Shown here: positions 12,014-22,597 of the stretch, in pieces
Layout of the letters: each line of letters opens with the position of its first letter
Numbering within the stretch: position 1 is the first letter of the stretch
From: Magallana gigas
Taxonomy: Eukaryota
Assembly (NCBI RefSeq): GCF_963853765.1
Contig: NC_088861.1
Coordinates: 25,854,001-25,918,000 of the forward strand
Length of the DNA: 64,000 bases
Reading direction: 5' to 3'
The notes under the pieces: generated by a model
The model's database searches: none
The model's input: only the letters and a program-made list of their open reading frames with translations
Told to the model about the DNA's origin: nothing
Program-made: the position numbers and the translations under genes

Positions 12014-12190
12014 TGTTTTCTTAGTATTGATGGTGGAACGATGGTTACTGATGCGCCTGCGGAGGTCTCCTGTTTCCCCTACGTATTGTTTCTGACAAAA
12101 TCTACAATTGATGAGGTATATTGAATTGTCAGTACGACAAGGAGTATTTGCGAAAATTTTGTAAGTACGGCCAGTAATGGGGCTAGAAAA
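12014..12190 (-). pseudogene. Penelope-like element GIY-YIG endonuclease fragment
   Basis: FSSPITGRTYKIFANTPCRTDNSIYLINCRFCQKQYVGETGDLRRRISNHRSTI: C..N.IYLI.C..C..QYVGET..LR.R...HRS pattern; no RT nearby. Confidence 0.75.
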
Positions 12191-12536
12191 GTCTTCTGCA
12201 TAAGACAAATGAATATATATATGCAAATTTAATCTCCATTAAGATCATCCAATATTGTATTGGTCACTTTCCTTTATGATTTCCACCCATAAACTTAAGT
12301 ATAAAGGGAAATATCTTTTCAAACTGTACGTGCATATTACGATAAAGTCTAGTTCGTGTTAAGAACCTAAAATGTTTATCCTCAAAATGTCTTCTCCAAA
12401 CATTTGTGTATCTTTTGCAAAGTATAAAAGTCATACAAAACACTATTCTTAAGTAGCTTTCCATGAGAAAAAACTATTAATAAGCTATGGAAAAAATATT
12501 TTTAAAAAAGTGTATTCTTGTAAAAATGAAATGATT

Positions 12537-13876
12537 AAATAAGAGGCCCATGAGCCACATTGCTCACCTGAACAACAAAAGACATAATAAAATCAGCATT
12601 ACGAAGTCATATACAAAAAATATGGACAATGTAGTCTAACAGTTCCTGTATTTGTTCAGAATTTTCTGTTTTTCATTGATACCTTTTTGTCACTGTATGG
12701 TCATTTCATATATTGAGCATTACAGTTCTCAATAAGATCTAAATCAAATGGTATATAAACTTACACCAATTGTTCCGGGAACAAAGTGTAAACAATTTTA
12801 AAGAATCAACAATATGTCAAAATGCTCGCATATAAATAGAACCATATATTATAACCTATCAGTTTTGTTGAACTTGCAATGTTTTCCTTTGTGAACTTGG
12901 ACTACCCCCCCCCCCCCCCATTTTTGGCTCCACCCTTCTCCTGAAAAATATAATTTTGATGAAGTTGAATCTACACTATCTAAGCTTGCTTTCACTAATG
13001 TTGCACCTTTTCTAAGGAATGTTTTTTTTTTAAAGATTTCTCTCCAAATACTTCTTTGTAAAGATTTAACCCCTCCTCATTGTCCCCCTATCCAACCCCG
13101 AGGATCATAATTTGACCAAACTTGAATCTACCATACCTGATATTTCACTCAAGTTAAAATCTTTTCTGGCCAGTTGTGTTCTGAGTAGAAAATTTAAAAT
13201 AAAATTTCTTCATATTTTCCTTTGTAAATATTTTATCCCCTATTATGGCCCAACCTAACCCACGTGACCGTGATTTGAACAAACTTGAATCTACACTATT
13301 TAAGGATGCTTCCACACAAGTTTCAGTTTTTCTGGGATAATGGTATGTGACCAGATGATTTTTAAAGATTAACTCTATATATTCCTACGTAACATTTCGA
13401 CCCCCCCCCCCCAAATTGTCACCCAACCCTACCCCCAGGAACCATGATTTTATCAAATTTGAATCCACACTATCTGTGTATGCCTTCATAGAAGTTTCAA
13501 CTTTTTGACTAAATGGTTTTTGAATAGATGCTTTTTAAAGTTTAACCTTATATACTTCTGTGTAAAAATTCCACCTCCCCCCCCCCCCCCCCCCCCCGAT
13601 CATGGCCCCATCTTACCTACACCTTGTATGCTTCTAAACTTTCACAGAATTATACAAACCGGTAAGGAACGTATATTGCTTATGCAATACTCTCAGACTG
13701 CTTGTTTTAACAAACTTGACTTCCATTTACCCAATGATGCGTTGTGCCATGTTTGGTTGGAACTGGCCCAGTGGTTCAGAAGAAGTCGAAAATGTACAAA
13801 GTTTACAGACAGACAAACGGACGCCGGACAAAAACTGGCCAGAAAAATTCTCTTGAGCTTTCAGCTCAGGTGGGCT
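12537..13876 (+). mobile_element. Helentron-type non-autonomous element with ~165-bp satellite core (Cg170-like)
   Basis: Start AAGAGGCCCATGAGCCACATTGCTCACCTGA; about 4 diverged units marked by AACTTGAATCTACACT at ~12963, 13119, 13282, 13456; (CAGA)n then terminal TGAGCTTTCAGCTCAGGTG hairpin. Recognised from recollection of oyster Cg170/Helitron-N2 elements. Confidence 0.75.
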
Positions 13877-14511
13877 TGTAAAGAATCTGAAACAAAATTG
13901 TACTTTTAGCGTAAAAAAAAAAAAACCTTACTCCTTGGTTTAAAATATCAATTTTAACTGAGAAAAGTACAATATTCATGAGACGCTTTACAAACAACAA
14001 TCCGGTCAAATATTTGAATAAGCAATATGCATATGGGCGAAAGCAATTTTAAAGCAATATCAGCTGCAAGTTTGAATGTTTTATTTTATTTACATAACGT
14101 TAAAGATGATAAAATTTCACGATAACTGGTGATAAATTGTCAAAAAAGTAATGCAACACTTCATTTATTTTATCATGTCATACTTAATATTAAGCAATTT
14201 GCCAAAAAAAAAACGGTTGACATTTGTTTAAGATATATGTCAAATAATTTCAGATTGTGACACGCTTTTATTAAGAAAGGTACCAACCATTATATCCCGA
14301 ACAAAGGGCAAGATCCGGGGGGCTGTCAGTTTATTAAATAGATAAATTGGTATTCCGTCCTTGTACATTTAAATGATTTATTTTCTATAGTTAGCGCAAT
14401 AGCCAGACAATCCGACAATAAAGACAGCAAATTATCTGTGTCTGTCCTTGGTCAACTAAAGTATTAGGAGTTCTGGCCAAAAAAAAGTATGGAATTGAAT
14501 TATAAAGGTAC

Positions 14512-15021
14512 TTAATGGCATTCCTCTTTACAGTTTATTTTAGCATATATAAGACTACATAGTGTCTGATTGTCCATGGAAGCTCTTTGTTCTGTCTGTA
14601 TTTTTCTCACAAGGGCGAAGTTACACCCTCTCACAATCTGCATTGCTGATTGGGTTACAGCACATAGACTAAGCAACTTGGGAATCTTGGTGTTCCACAG
14701 ACTTTGTTGATTTTCCCCATCTCTCCCCAAAATGAGTCTATTCTTGTCTGCCCCTTCTCAAAGTTTGGAAGGTCACAGTCAGGAGAAACACTGAAATCTA
14801 GAAACGCTTCTTCCAAATTTGGGAAGTCCTTTTCCTGAACTATGGCAGGGAATCTTCTGGCAATCTCCACTATAGACTATAGACTGTAAGGTTGTCTCTT
14901 CCCTTCTGTGAGGATTCAAGAATCCTTTATTGTTGACAACTGGGTCCTTGAATGGAAAGTGCTTTAGCATTTTCTTTGTGATGGCACAGTAGAAGCCCCT
15001 TACATTCCTAGAATTAGACAA
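14512..15021 (-). pseudogene. hAT transposase C-terminal (dimerisation domain) remnant, frameshifted
   Basis: Pieces FLNPHRRE..ARRFP..FLDF..RIDSFWGEMGK..GTPRFP / LSLCAVTQS..LVRKIQTEQRASMDNQTLCSLIYAKIN resemble the hATC 'RFP.L..HSNA.CER.FS..RKI.T..R..M...TL..L...K.N' pattern. Confidence 0.6.
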
Positions 15022-15659
15022 AAACTAAAGAGGTATAATATCAAAATGAGTTTTTGTATATTAATACAACATTTCTTAATATATGATAAACACTGCATAC
15101 CACAAATATTTGAAGGAAGTTTTTTAGCAACTTATTTATTTACTTTCTACACTTCGCGGAGGAGCTGTGTGTGTCGGTCAGATTGAGGTCCCGTGAGAAT
15201 TTTTGTCCTTCTTCTATACTGATTTCAAAGAATGTTACTATAAACACATATAATTATAATTTCTCACATTGCAATACAATAAAAGTTAACAGTTAAATAT
15301 GAATAGCTGATTATGAAAATTTATACACATGTTCCACCACATTCAACATAACTTAAAACCTTTATTTAATATTATAAATAAAACTACTTGTTTGCAAAAG
15401 CATTCAAAAACATAAATAAAACATATGTAAGTTTAAAAATTTATCACTATTATCACATATGTATCAATAATGATTTGCATTGCTAACCGTTCCTATCGTA
15501 TTAAACACGACGCCCTACCAGGACCCAGACTCAGTTTACAATTACAAATATAATTGACAAGGGAAACAATTCATGTCTATTTTTCCGAAAACTATTAAAG
15601 TCTACATGCAGTTTTTGGAAGGTTCTAATTTCACTCGCAGGTGATAAAAACGGTGTCAT

Positions 15660-16694
15660 TTACGCGTCATTTATTCGGTCCCAAAGGCGGCTTGGTCCAA
15701 ATGTTTTCGCGATTTCGCGGAGGAGTTGGATGTCCGTGAGGTGTCCTTCCTCGAATTGTCCCCAGAGGACCGCATACTGTCTTTGGCGGTCTCTTACGTT
15801 TCTCCGCTGTAAGCGTTGTAATGACCCGTCCTCTACCATTGGTTTCTGGAGTTGCAATTTCTCTGCTTCACTAAATATGATGGGAACGAGATAATACATC
15901 GGCTGGTCTATCTCATATCCATGGCACAATGATTAGTTCTTCGGTGCCAGCCTTTACAATCGTTGTTGGTCCGAGTCTCCTTTCGGTATACATTCCTTTG
16001 CCTACAAATGTGCGGTGGCAGGTTTGCATCACCCATCGAATACAGAGCCCTTTTTGCGATGGTACCGACACTTTCAAAAACATTGCTGACGGAATTTTCC
16101 TTCACAGTGGCCGTTATTTTTTGACAACGCCGACTTCAGGAGAACCTTTATGACCATGGCGATGTTTACCCATGAAAAGTTGTTTCCCCTTCCTTTACTG
16201 AAGCCTTGCAATATAAGTCTTTATGGCGAACGGCACACTGCCAGTCACGGCCATAGGCTACATTCCTTTAAAGGTTGTGTGAGTAACCCCTGTTGTCAGT
16301 TACTAGTTACATGTCCTTGTTGCTCCGAGATGTCTTTTTGAGAACTTCTAAAGTCACTTCATCGTCAGGAATGGCACGACAGCGATTTTGCGGCACTTGT
16401 TAAGAAACCGGCGATGACACTTTAAAGGCAGGACGGCGTTGTTGGGGCACTGGAGAGGAGACGGTCTCTTTGATTATTCCGCGAAGCACATGTTTCGGGT
16501 TAGACACGGGTGGTGACAAATTCGGAACGGGGGTGACAAACTGGTTGCTGAACTGGTTTCGGGAGTTTTCGAGGCGTGGGTTTTGGTCGGAACATAGGTG
16601 GCTACAAGGTCGGAACGAAAGCAAAACATTTGGAGAAAGTTGGACACTGCATTTTTTTATTGGAGAAACAGGCGGTGATGTTGACGAAACTTAA
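15660..16694 (-). pseudogene. Mutator-like (MULE) transposase remnant with FLYWCH-like N-terminus; central DDE region missing
   Basis: Broken frame LVTDNRGYS..WQCAVRHKDLYCKASVKE..ITATVKE..VFESVGTIAK..NLPPH joined directly to RKETRTNNDCKGWHRR, then LQRLQRRNVRDRQ..LWGQFEEG. Confidence 0.6.
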
Positions 16695-17117
16695 AGAAGA
16701 GAATTTTGATAATTTAAAATTCTATTGATTGATCTTAGGTGAATTTTAATTTATTTAAAATTACTCAATATACATTCTTTTGAGTGATGAGAAGGAAAAC
16801 AGACATAATTGCATTAAAGTTTATTTTAAATATAGTCAACAACAAACTCTGTTTAGCATTTATAACATATTTTGAAAATCATATACATGTACATAAATAT
16901 TTAGCATGCAAGTTTTATATAATAACTTAAGTACTTTAATAAATACATTCATTTTGAAATATGCTTTTATTATGCACATCAATTATAAACCTATATACAT
17001 AGCAGATAAATGCAATCGTTACATGCCACTGATCTGATATTTCACTTGAACATCTGTTAAAATCCGACATAAATCCAGATGACGATGTGAAACATAACAC
17101 ACATTTCACAAGACACA

Positions 17118-17690
17118 TTACTCCAGATGAAGGAGATGGGAGGCTGTCTCCGCATACTCCATCAGCTGAATGGTGCCCTGTCGTAGTCGGTCCTTCAGAT
17201 GTCGGATTCGGCTGTCAAGTTACCTGTACTTCTTTAGATACACAACACCACCTATAACATCTTGGTTTCATTCGCATCTTGCTCCATCTGGATTAGCTGG
17301 ATGAACATGAAGATGTTGGGGTGGGGTCGCCGATACATCCTAGTGAATTTGTGGTTCCAGCCCTCTACTGCATTTGCTGTGCGGGATCCATCGTTGTCAT
17401 AATGATTCCAGTGGGTGAGATGCCCTTTTACCCATGTTTCCGTCACGTAGTCAACGGTCACTCGAGGTTGATGTCTTCCTTGGATGTGGTAGACCGGTTC
17501 CTGTAGAGTAAGGACTTGAAGGCCTGGAAAGTAGGAATGTTCCTTATCATGTCCTCCATGGAGTTGTCACACTTCGAGTTACCTAGTCCTTCTACTTCTT
17601 CATCGTAGATGGTGGGGATGGGTGTTGCTTCCGCTCTGCACCTCTTCTTCACCAATATAGTCATCTTCATGGTTACGCTCTACGGTCTTC
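17118..17690 (-). pseudogene. Second MULE transposase remnant; central DDE region missing
   Basis: KKRCRAEATPIPTIYDEE..IPTFQAFKSLLYRNR joined to DYVTETWVKG..WNHY..RTANAVEGWNHKF..HPNIFMFIQLIQMEQ and LDSRIRHLKDRLRQG..EYAETASHLLHLE*. Confidence 0.7.
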
Positions 17691-18261
17691 CAAAGGCCAC
17701 CACGATGCATAAAAAACACACAAAACTGCCAATGATAGTTACTGGATAAGATACATTAAAAATAGATAAACAATGACATAAACTGTTAAATATAATTGAA
17801 GAATATTACTAAATGATTGAAGCATAACGAAATCCAACATTATCATTCAAACACTGAACTGAAAATCATTCTTTACATTCATTATCTTCAAGATCTGTTA
17901 GATCTAACACCCCAACACCCCCCTCCCCCGAATGTGAATCAAACCTGTTTTATCGTTTATACTAACCGATGTTTTGAACACCTTGTTCGGAAATATTGGA
18001 AATCTGTAGAGACTGACGACTTGTCCCTTACGGTTTTCCCCCTAAAATTTCAACATATGAAATAATACTTCCTTGAACGGTATCCCGAAACAGAGTTCCT
18101 CGTTCGTACGTCTGTTATGACAGTTGTCAAGAACGCTCACGGAAGTAGACGTATATTTTAGCGCATGCGCAGTTTTTTCAATAGGAGAGTTCAAACTAGG
18201 GGAAATAGCTCACTTTCTTTATATGGGGAAAACCTAATCTAGTTAAGACAGACACTGCTAC

Positions 18262-18410
18262 ACAAGAGATGTGACCGGTCAACAGAGGATGCTCACTCCT
18301 CCATGGCACATGCTCCTACCTCTATATTTTTGAAAGTCCGTGTTGCTCTGCTTTGAATTTGTATTTCTTTTTATGGATTGTTGAGATGTTTGACTGTTTG
18401 TTATTGTCAG
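18262..18410 (+). mobile_element. Fragment of an abundant bivalve retroposon 3' tail
   Basis: GTGACCGGTCAACAGAGGATGCTCACTCCTCC..GCAC.TG.TCCTACCTCT..GTCCGTGTTGC motif recognised from recollection only; family not assigned. Confidence 0.35.
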
Positions 18411-18461
18411 TTTTTCATTGCACCAGTGTCGACCAAATTTCATTGCTAACAGTATTTTTAA

Positions 18462-18845
18462 CCGGGTTTTCCAACGGAAAAATCCGGTTATTGAAATGGT
18501 GAAAATGGCGGGCGGGCGGCTGCCAAAAGGGTACCCTAGTTATCCGTACAATGGGAAGTTGTTCTTTTGCAGATCAATTGTACATATATCAGAGGTGTGT
18601 ATATTGCTAGAATTTTGATTTCTGATAATTAATGACAAAATGTCAGCTTTTGAACTTAGTCATTTTTTGACAAAATACTGCATATAGGGTGCTCCATTTC
18701 ACTGGATATAGCAGGTGGTGTTTTATCAATTCAGGGTTAACATGGATTATGGATACAGTTCACATAAAAGAAAACCCGGTTTGCTGTCACATGACAGCAT
18801 TTTACTTGTTCATAATAGGCATGGTCTAATTGATATTGCTGAATG
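18462..18845. mobile_element. HINE-like end with hairpin and (GGCG)n
   Basis: AACCGGGTTTTCC-aac-GGAAAAATCCGGTT hairpin followed by GGCGGGCGGGCGG. Confidence 0.45.
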
Positions 18846-18849
18846 ATTT

Positions 18850-21001
18850 CCTACGTTTTGTTTTGATTTTGGGGTAGGTTTTGGGTTAGATCTTGGGGAA
18901 TGGTTAGGTTTTGAATTATAAGAATGGGTATTCGAAGCATGCTTAGTATGAGCTGTTAGCAGGGATGAGGCGTTGTTAGCTTGGTGCCTATCCTTAAGAA
19001 GGATAGGCGCATGTGCCTAGCATGTTGAGTTTTGGATGGTGGGCTTGTTATAGTGGTTGTTTGATTGTTGGTGGTTAGTTGTTACTTGTTGAGATGCATG
19101 TACTGGTGTTGTATTTGTGCGACAGACTGAGGCGAAATGACACCAATTCCCGCAGTCGGAACATTTAACATTAAATACAGGGCAAGCTGATCTGGAAAGA
19201 CAGAACTTACCGCATCTGTTCCACGTCATTCTCCCTCTCCTATTCATTGGTTGGTTCATCGGTTGAAACCATTACTGCTGGGGCCAAGGTGATGGTAGTA
19301 CCATCCATTGGTAGGGTTGACCGGATTCGCTGAAGGACTGACCGGGTTGGTTGAAGGACTGACCGGGTTTGCTGAAGGTCTGGCTGGGTTGGTCCCAAGA
19401 TGCCTGGGCCAGGCCTCGGGGCCATAAAACTTAGACCAGCTCAGTTTTAGTCTCATTCTCACTTTTCCACTATTTATTCCTTGTGGAAAAGTGAGACTGA
19501 GATCAAAATAAAGCTCGTCTAAGTTTTATGGCCCCGGGGCCTGGTGTGTTTGAGAGAAGGATTCATGTCTAGGCGTTGTGGTGTTTCCTCTTTTGGTTTT
19601 AGAATGACATATCTTGCGTGGCTGATAGAGCACTAATTTCACTCTTAAGTGTCTCCCATATTTGTGATGTGAGTGACTGAATATCAAGGTCCTGTTTCAA
19701 GTTCTTGTTTTGCTTGGTCGACAGCGTGACGCAATTCCTGAAACGTTTTAGGTTCTGTGGAGATGACACCTTTCTTTATGCTATGTATTAATCCATTTGT
19801 TGTTAATTGAACTTTGTAAATTTCTGGGAGGTCATGTCCCAAAGATATTTTTTCTGCTCTTGATAAATAGTCGCTGGTTGCTTCTCCAGTGTACTGTTTG
19901 AGTCGTAACAGCGAATTTGTTTCTATATTCGCGAAGCGACTTTTCAAGCAGTCCTTAAATGTTGTTAGATTGTTTTTCTAGGTTGATGATAGGGTTTGGA
20001 GCCATATGGCTGCTTGGCATTCGAAATTACACCTTATGGCAAGGAGGGCTTCTGCATCAGAAACATTGTGGAATTCTTGCCAGTTTTCAAGTACGGGTAT
20101 CCACAGATGTATATTTTCACTGCCATCAAATTTCTTCAAATTAATTCCTGTGGCCATAATTGGTTTTTGTGTATTCCTACTTCTAATCTGTTGTTTTTCT
20201 AGTGATTGATGGGTTGATGAAGATTGTGATATGTGATCCTCAGAGATTTGCTCCTTATCTGAAGATTCAATTCCTTGATCCTCTGATTCAGATGCTGGTG
20301 TTGACTGAAGTGCTGTTCCTCCGATTCAGATGCTGGTGCTTCGGTTGTTGATTGTGAATGTTGTTCCTCTGGATTGGATGCTGCTATTTCTTATAGTGTT
20401 GAGTGGGAATGATGATCCTCTGAATCAGATGCTAGAAATGCTGGTGTTGATTGGAAGACTTGTTTATTTGACTCAAAGGTTGGTAATTGTGGCGGTAAAG
20501 TATCGTCTTGGTGCTGGTTCTCTATTGATCGTAGGCAATAGTTGATTGGCTTTGTCTTCATGTGGGATCTTGAGCCTTTCTGCACCAACTTGTCACCAGG
20601 GATTTTCTGTACTTATCCGGTGACAACTGAAATAATGACCAAGGCTTCTCTAATAAAGTTAACGTCGTTTATTCTTGAGTGTCCAGCAAAATTTAAAGTG
20701 ACGCGCTGTGCACTTGATACGAAAACCAGCCTGGTCGAGGTATGGTTCAACAAAGGGGTAATTATCAAAACAACGAAAACATATACAGATACATATACCC
20801 AAATTACCTCTCGGGAGCCTCTCACAGAAAAGATACCTAAAGCAGATCTATTAAGAAACTTAATCCGATGACCTGACACTAATTGAGTCAGGAGGAAATC
20901 AAAAGAATTTGTTAATCGCATTGCGTGGATTCGCGTAAAGGGTGTTTGTTGATAAATAAATACTATATAGCATACTTCTTTCATTCATTCTGGTTTTAAC
21001 A
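18850..21001 (-). mobile_element. 5' half of a degenerate Ty3/Gypsy-like element: putative short LTR, PBS-like site, gag only
   Basis: From ATG 20157: MATGINLKKFDGSENIHLW..AAIWLQTL..FKDCLKSRF..LRLKQYTGEATSDYLSR (gag capsid-like, stop near 19980); Cys/His knuckles CNRCG..CP..KCSDCGNWCHFASVC near 19130-19220. TG start at 21001 and TAGTGTCAGG PBS-like site near 20870-20880. No pol. Confidence 0.65.
19409..19544. mobile_element. 136-bp foldback MITE inserted in the gag remnant
   Basis: CCAGGCC.CGGGGCCATAAAACTTAGAC..CTCACTTTTCCAC mirrored by GTGGAAAAGTGAG..GTCTAAGTTTTATGGCCCCGGGGCCTGG; TSD not evident. Confidence 0.75.
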
Positions 21002-21025
21002 CTGTGGGGTTTTTTTTCATTTAAG

Positions 21026-21807
21026 GTACACAGAGCTGTTTCCTCTGCAATGAAAGCATTAATGGCAGACTTCGTGCCGCGTAACCTACGATTTGGGGAC
21101 ATTTCTCGGGACGAAGTTATTACTAACCTCACCCGACCTTTGGCACAAGAATTATTCTTAAACGGGCTATAGCTGAATCTTCTTAAGCATCACTTGTATT
21201 AGACGGAACTTACATGTACATTATTAAAAAATCAAGCAACTTTAGCTTTTCGAGAAGATCGTACAGCCTTCATAAACACAGACCCCTGATTTAGCAGATG
21301 ATGGTTATAACGACCACCGGGTAATCTTGTTTCCGTTTTTGGGCCATATCTCGCTGACTCAAAGAACAATGATGCTAGTATCCTCAACCATATTATACAA
21401 AGTACTGTCGAGGAAATGACAAATTGGCTAAAAGAAGAAGACACTCTTTTCATGGATCGTGGTTTCCGAGACACCTCAGATGTTCTTGCTGATTAAGGAA
21501 TCAGGATGGAGATGCCATGTTTTTTTGCGAGAGGTTGTAAACAGCATAGCACGGAAGAATCAAAGAGCTCCAGACTAGTAACTAAGGTATGAAATAGCTA
21601 AATATTTCTGAAGTAATAGTTTTTTAAAATATGACTAATAATATGATCAAATACTTGCAGGTGCGCTGGGTGGTAGAATCAGCGAATGGCAGGTTGAAAA
21701 GATGGCGTTACCTTGACAGAATGGTCCCAAATACACAGAAACCCGATGTTGGCGACTATGTTAGGATCATATCCGCAATATGTAATAAGTACATATTGCT
21801 GAGTTGA
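21026..21807 (+). pseudogene. ISL2EU/Harbinger-type (DDE_Tnp_4-like) transposase remnant, two exons
   Basis: [73 protein letters not shown] | intron 21587-21660 | [20 protein letters not shown]; several frameshifts and stops. Confidence 0.75.
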
Positions 21808-21821
21808 GTATGACATATCGG

Positions 21822-22353
21822 TCACTCTGTCAAATATTTATGTTTACTTCAAATTAACAAGTACCTTTATTCTTATTTCGATGTAAACGAAAACACGTGT
21901 AAAGGATTCAAATATATTTAATAATAAGCATGAAATGAGACACAAAATTGATATTCACAATGAAAAAATATAGGTATACTAACATTGAAATCACCGTCCT
22001 AACCAAATAGATTAATTACTAAGCCTACCTTATAGTTAATATTAAATCCAAGTATCCCGAACAAATTTAGTACCACCCCGCACGGACTGAATGAAATACA
22101 CAACTAACCTAACAGGTTTCCCAAGTTAAATTTAGAACAATAGATAGGGCCCACCTATCTACCCAGGGAAGTGAGTTGACTTGAACCTTAGAGAAGATTC
22201 CACGTCAACTTCTGGACTAAGGCAAAGCCTGACTTTAAATACGCGGCTCTGGGTGTGTTTCTCTTAGCCATTAAAAATGACTGAATGTAAATATAGCTCG
22301 GACTGGTGTTTTCCAAATGGTTATATAAAACTACGAAACTTTCCGAATGTAAA
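21822..22353 (+). repeat. Dispersed repeat, copy 1 (copy 2 at 42932-43503)
   Basis: Colinear match from TCACTCTGTCAAATATTTA to CTACGAAACTTTCCGAATGTAAA. Confidence 0.9.
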
Positions 22354-22597
22354 ATACATACTTGCCAACCTCCAACATGAGAAAATCTGGTCATGACAAG
22401 ATTTGGAAAGTACAAAAAATCTGGTCATAGCGCGTTACGACATTCACGACATATTTACCCTGCATTTCATAGGTATATCCGATAGAAATAAGTGTTAAAA
22501 CTTATGTGAATTACTTTATTGCAAAGAAGCATTTTAACTAACAGTTGCTTATATGAATTTTGTAAAGTGATCTGACACAGAAAATGGTATGTTGTGT

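Noticed and set aside
11780-12500. Hammerhead ribozyme near the Penelope fragment
   Set aside because: No CTGANGA...GAAA core with flanking stems was found around the fragment.
21120-21160. Minus-strand TTGTGCCAAAGGTCGGG resembling a tRNA-Phe PBS for the gag element
   Set aside because: The plus strand here encodes the conserved TRPLAQELF of the ISL2EU transposase.
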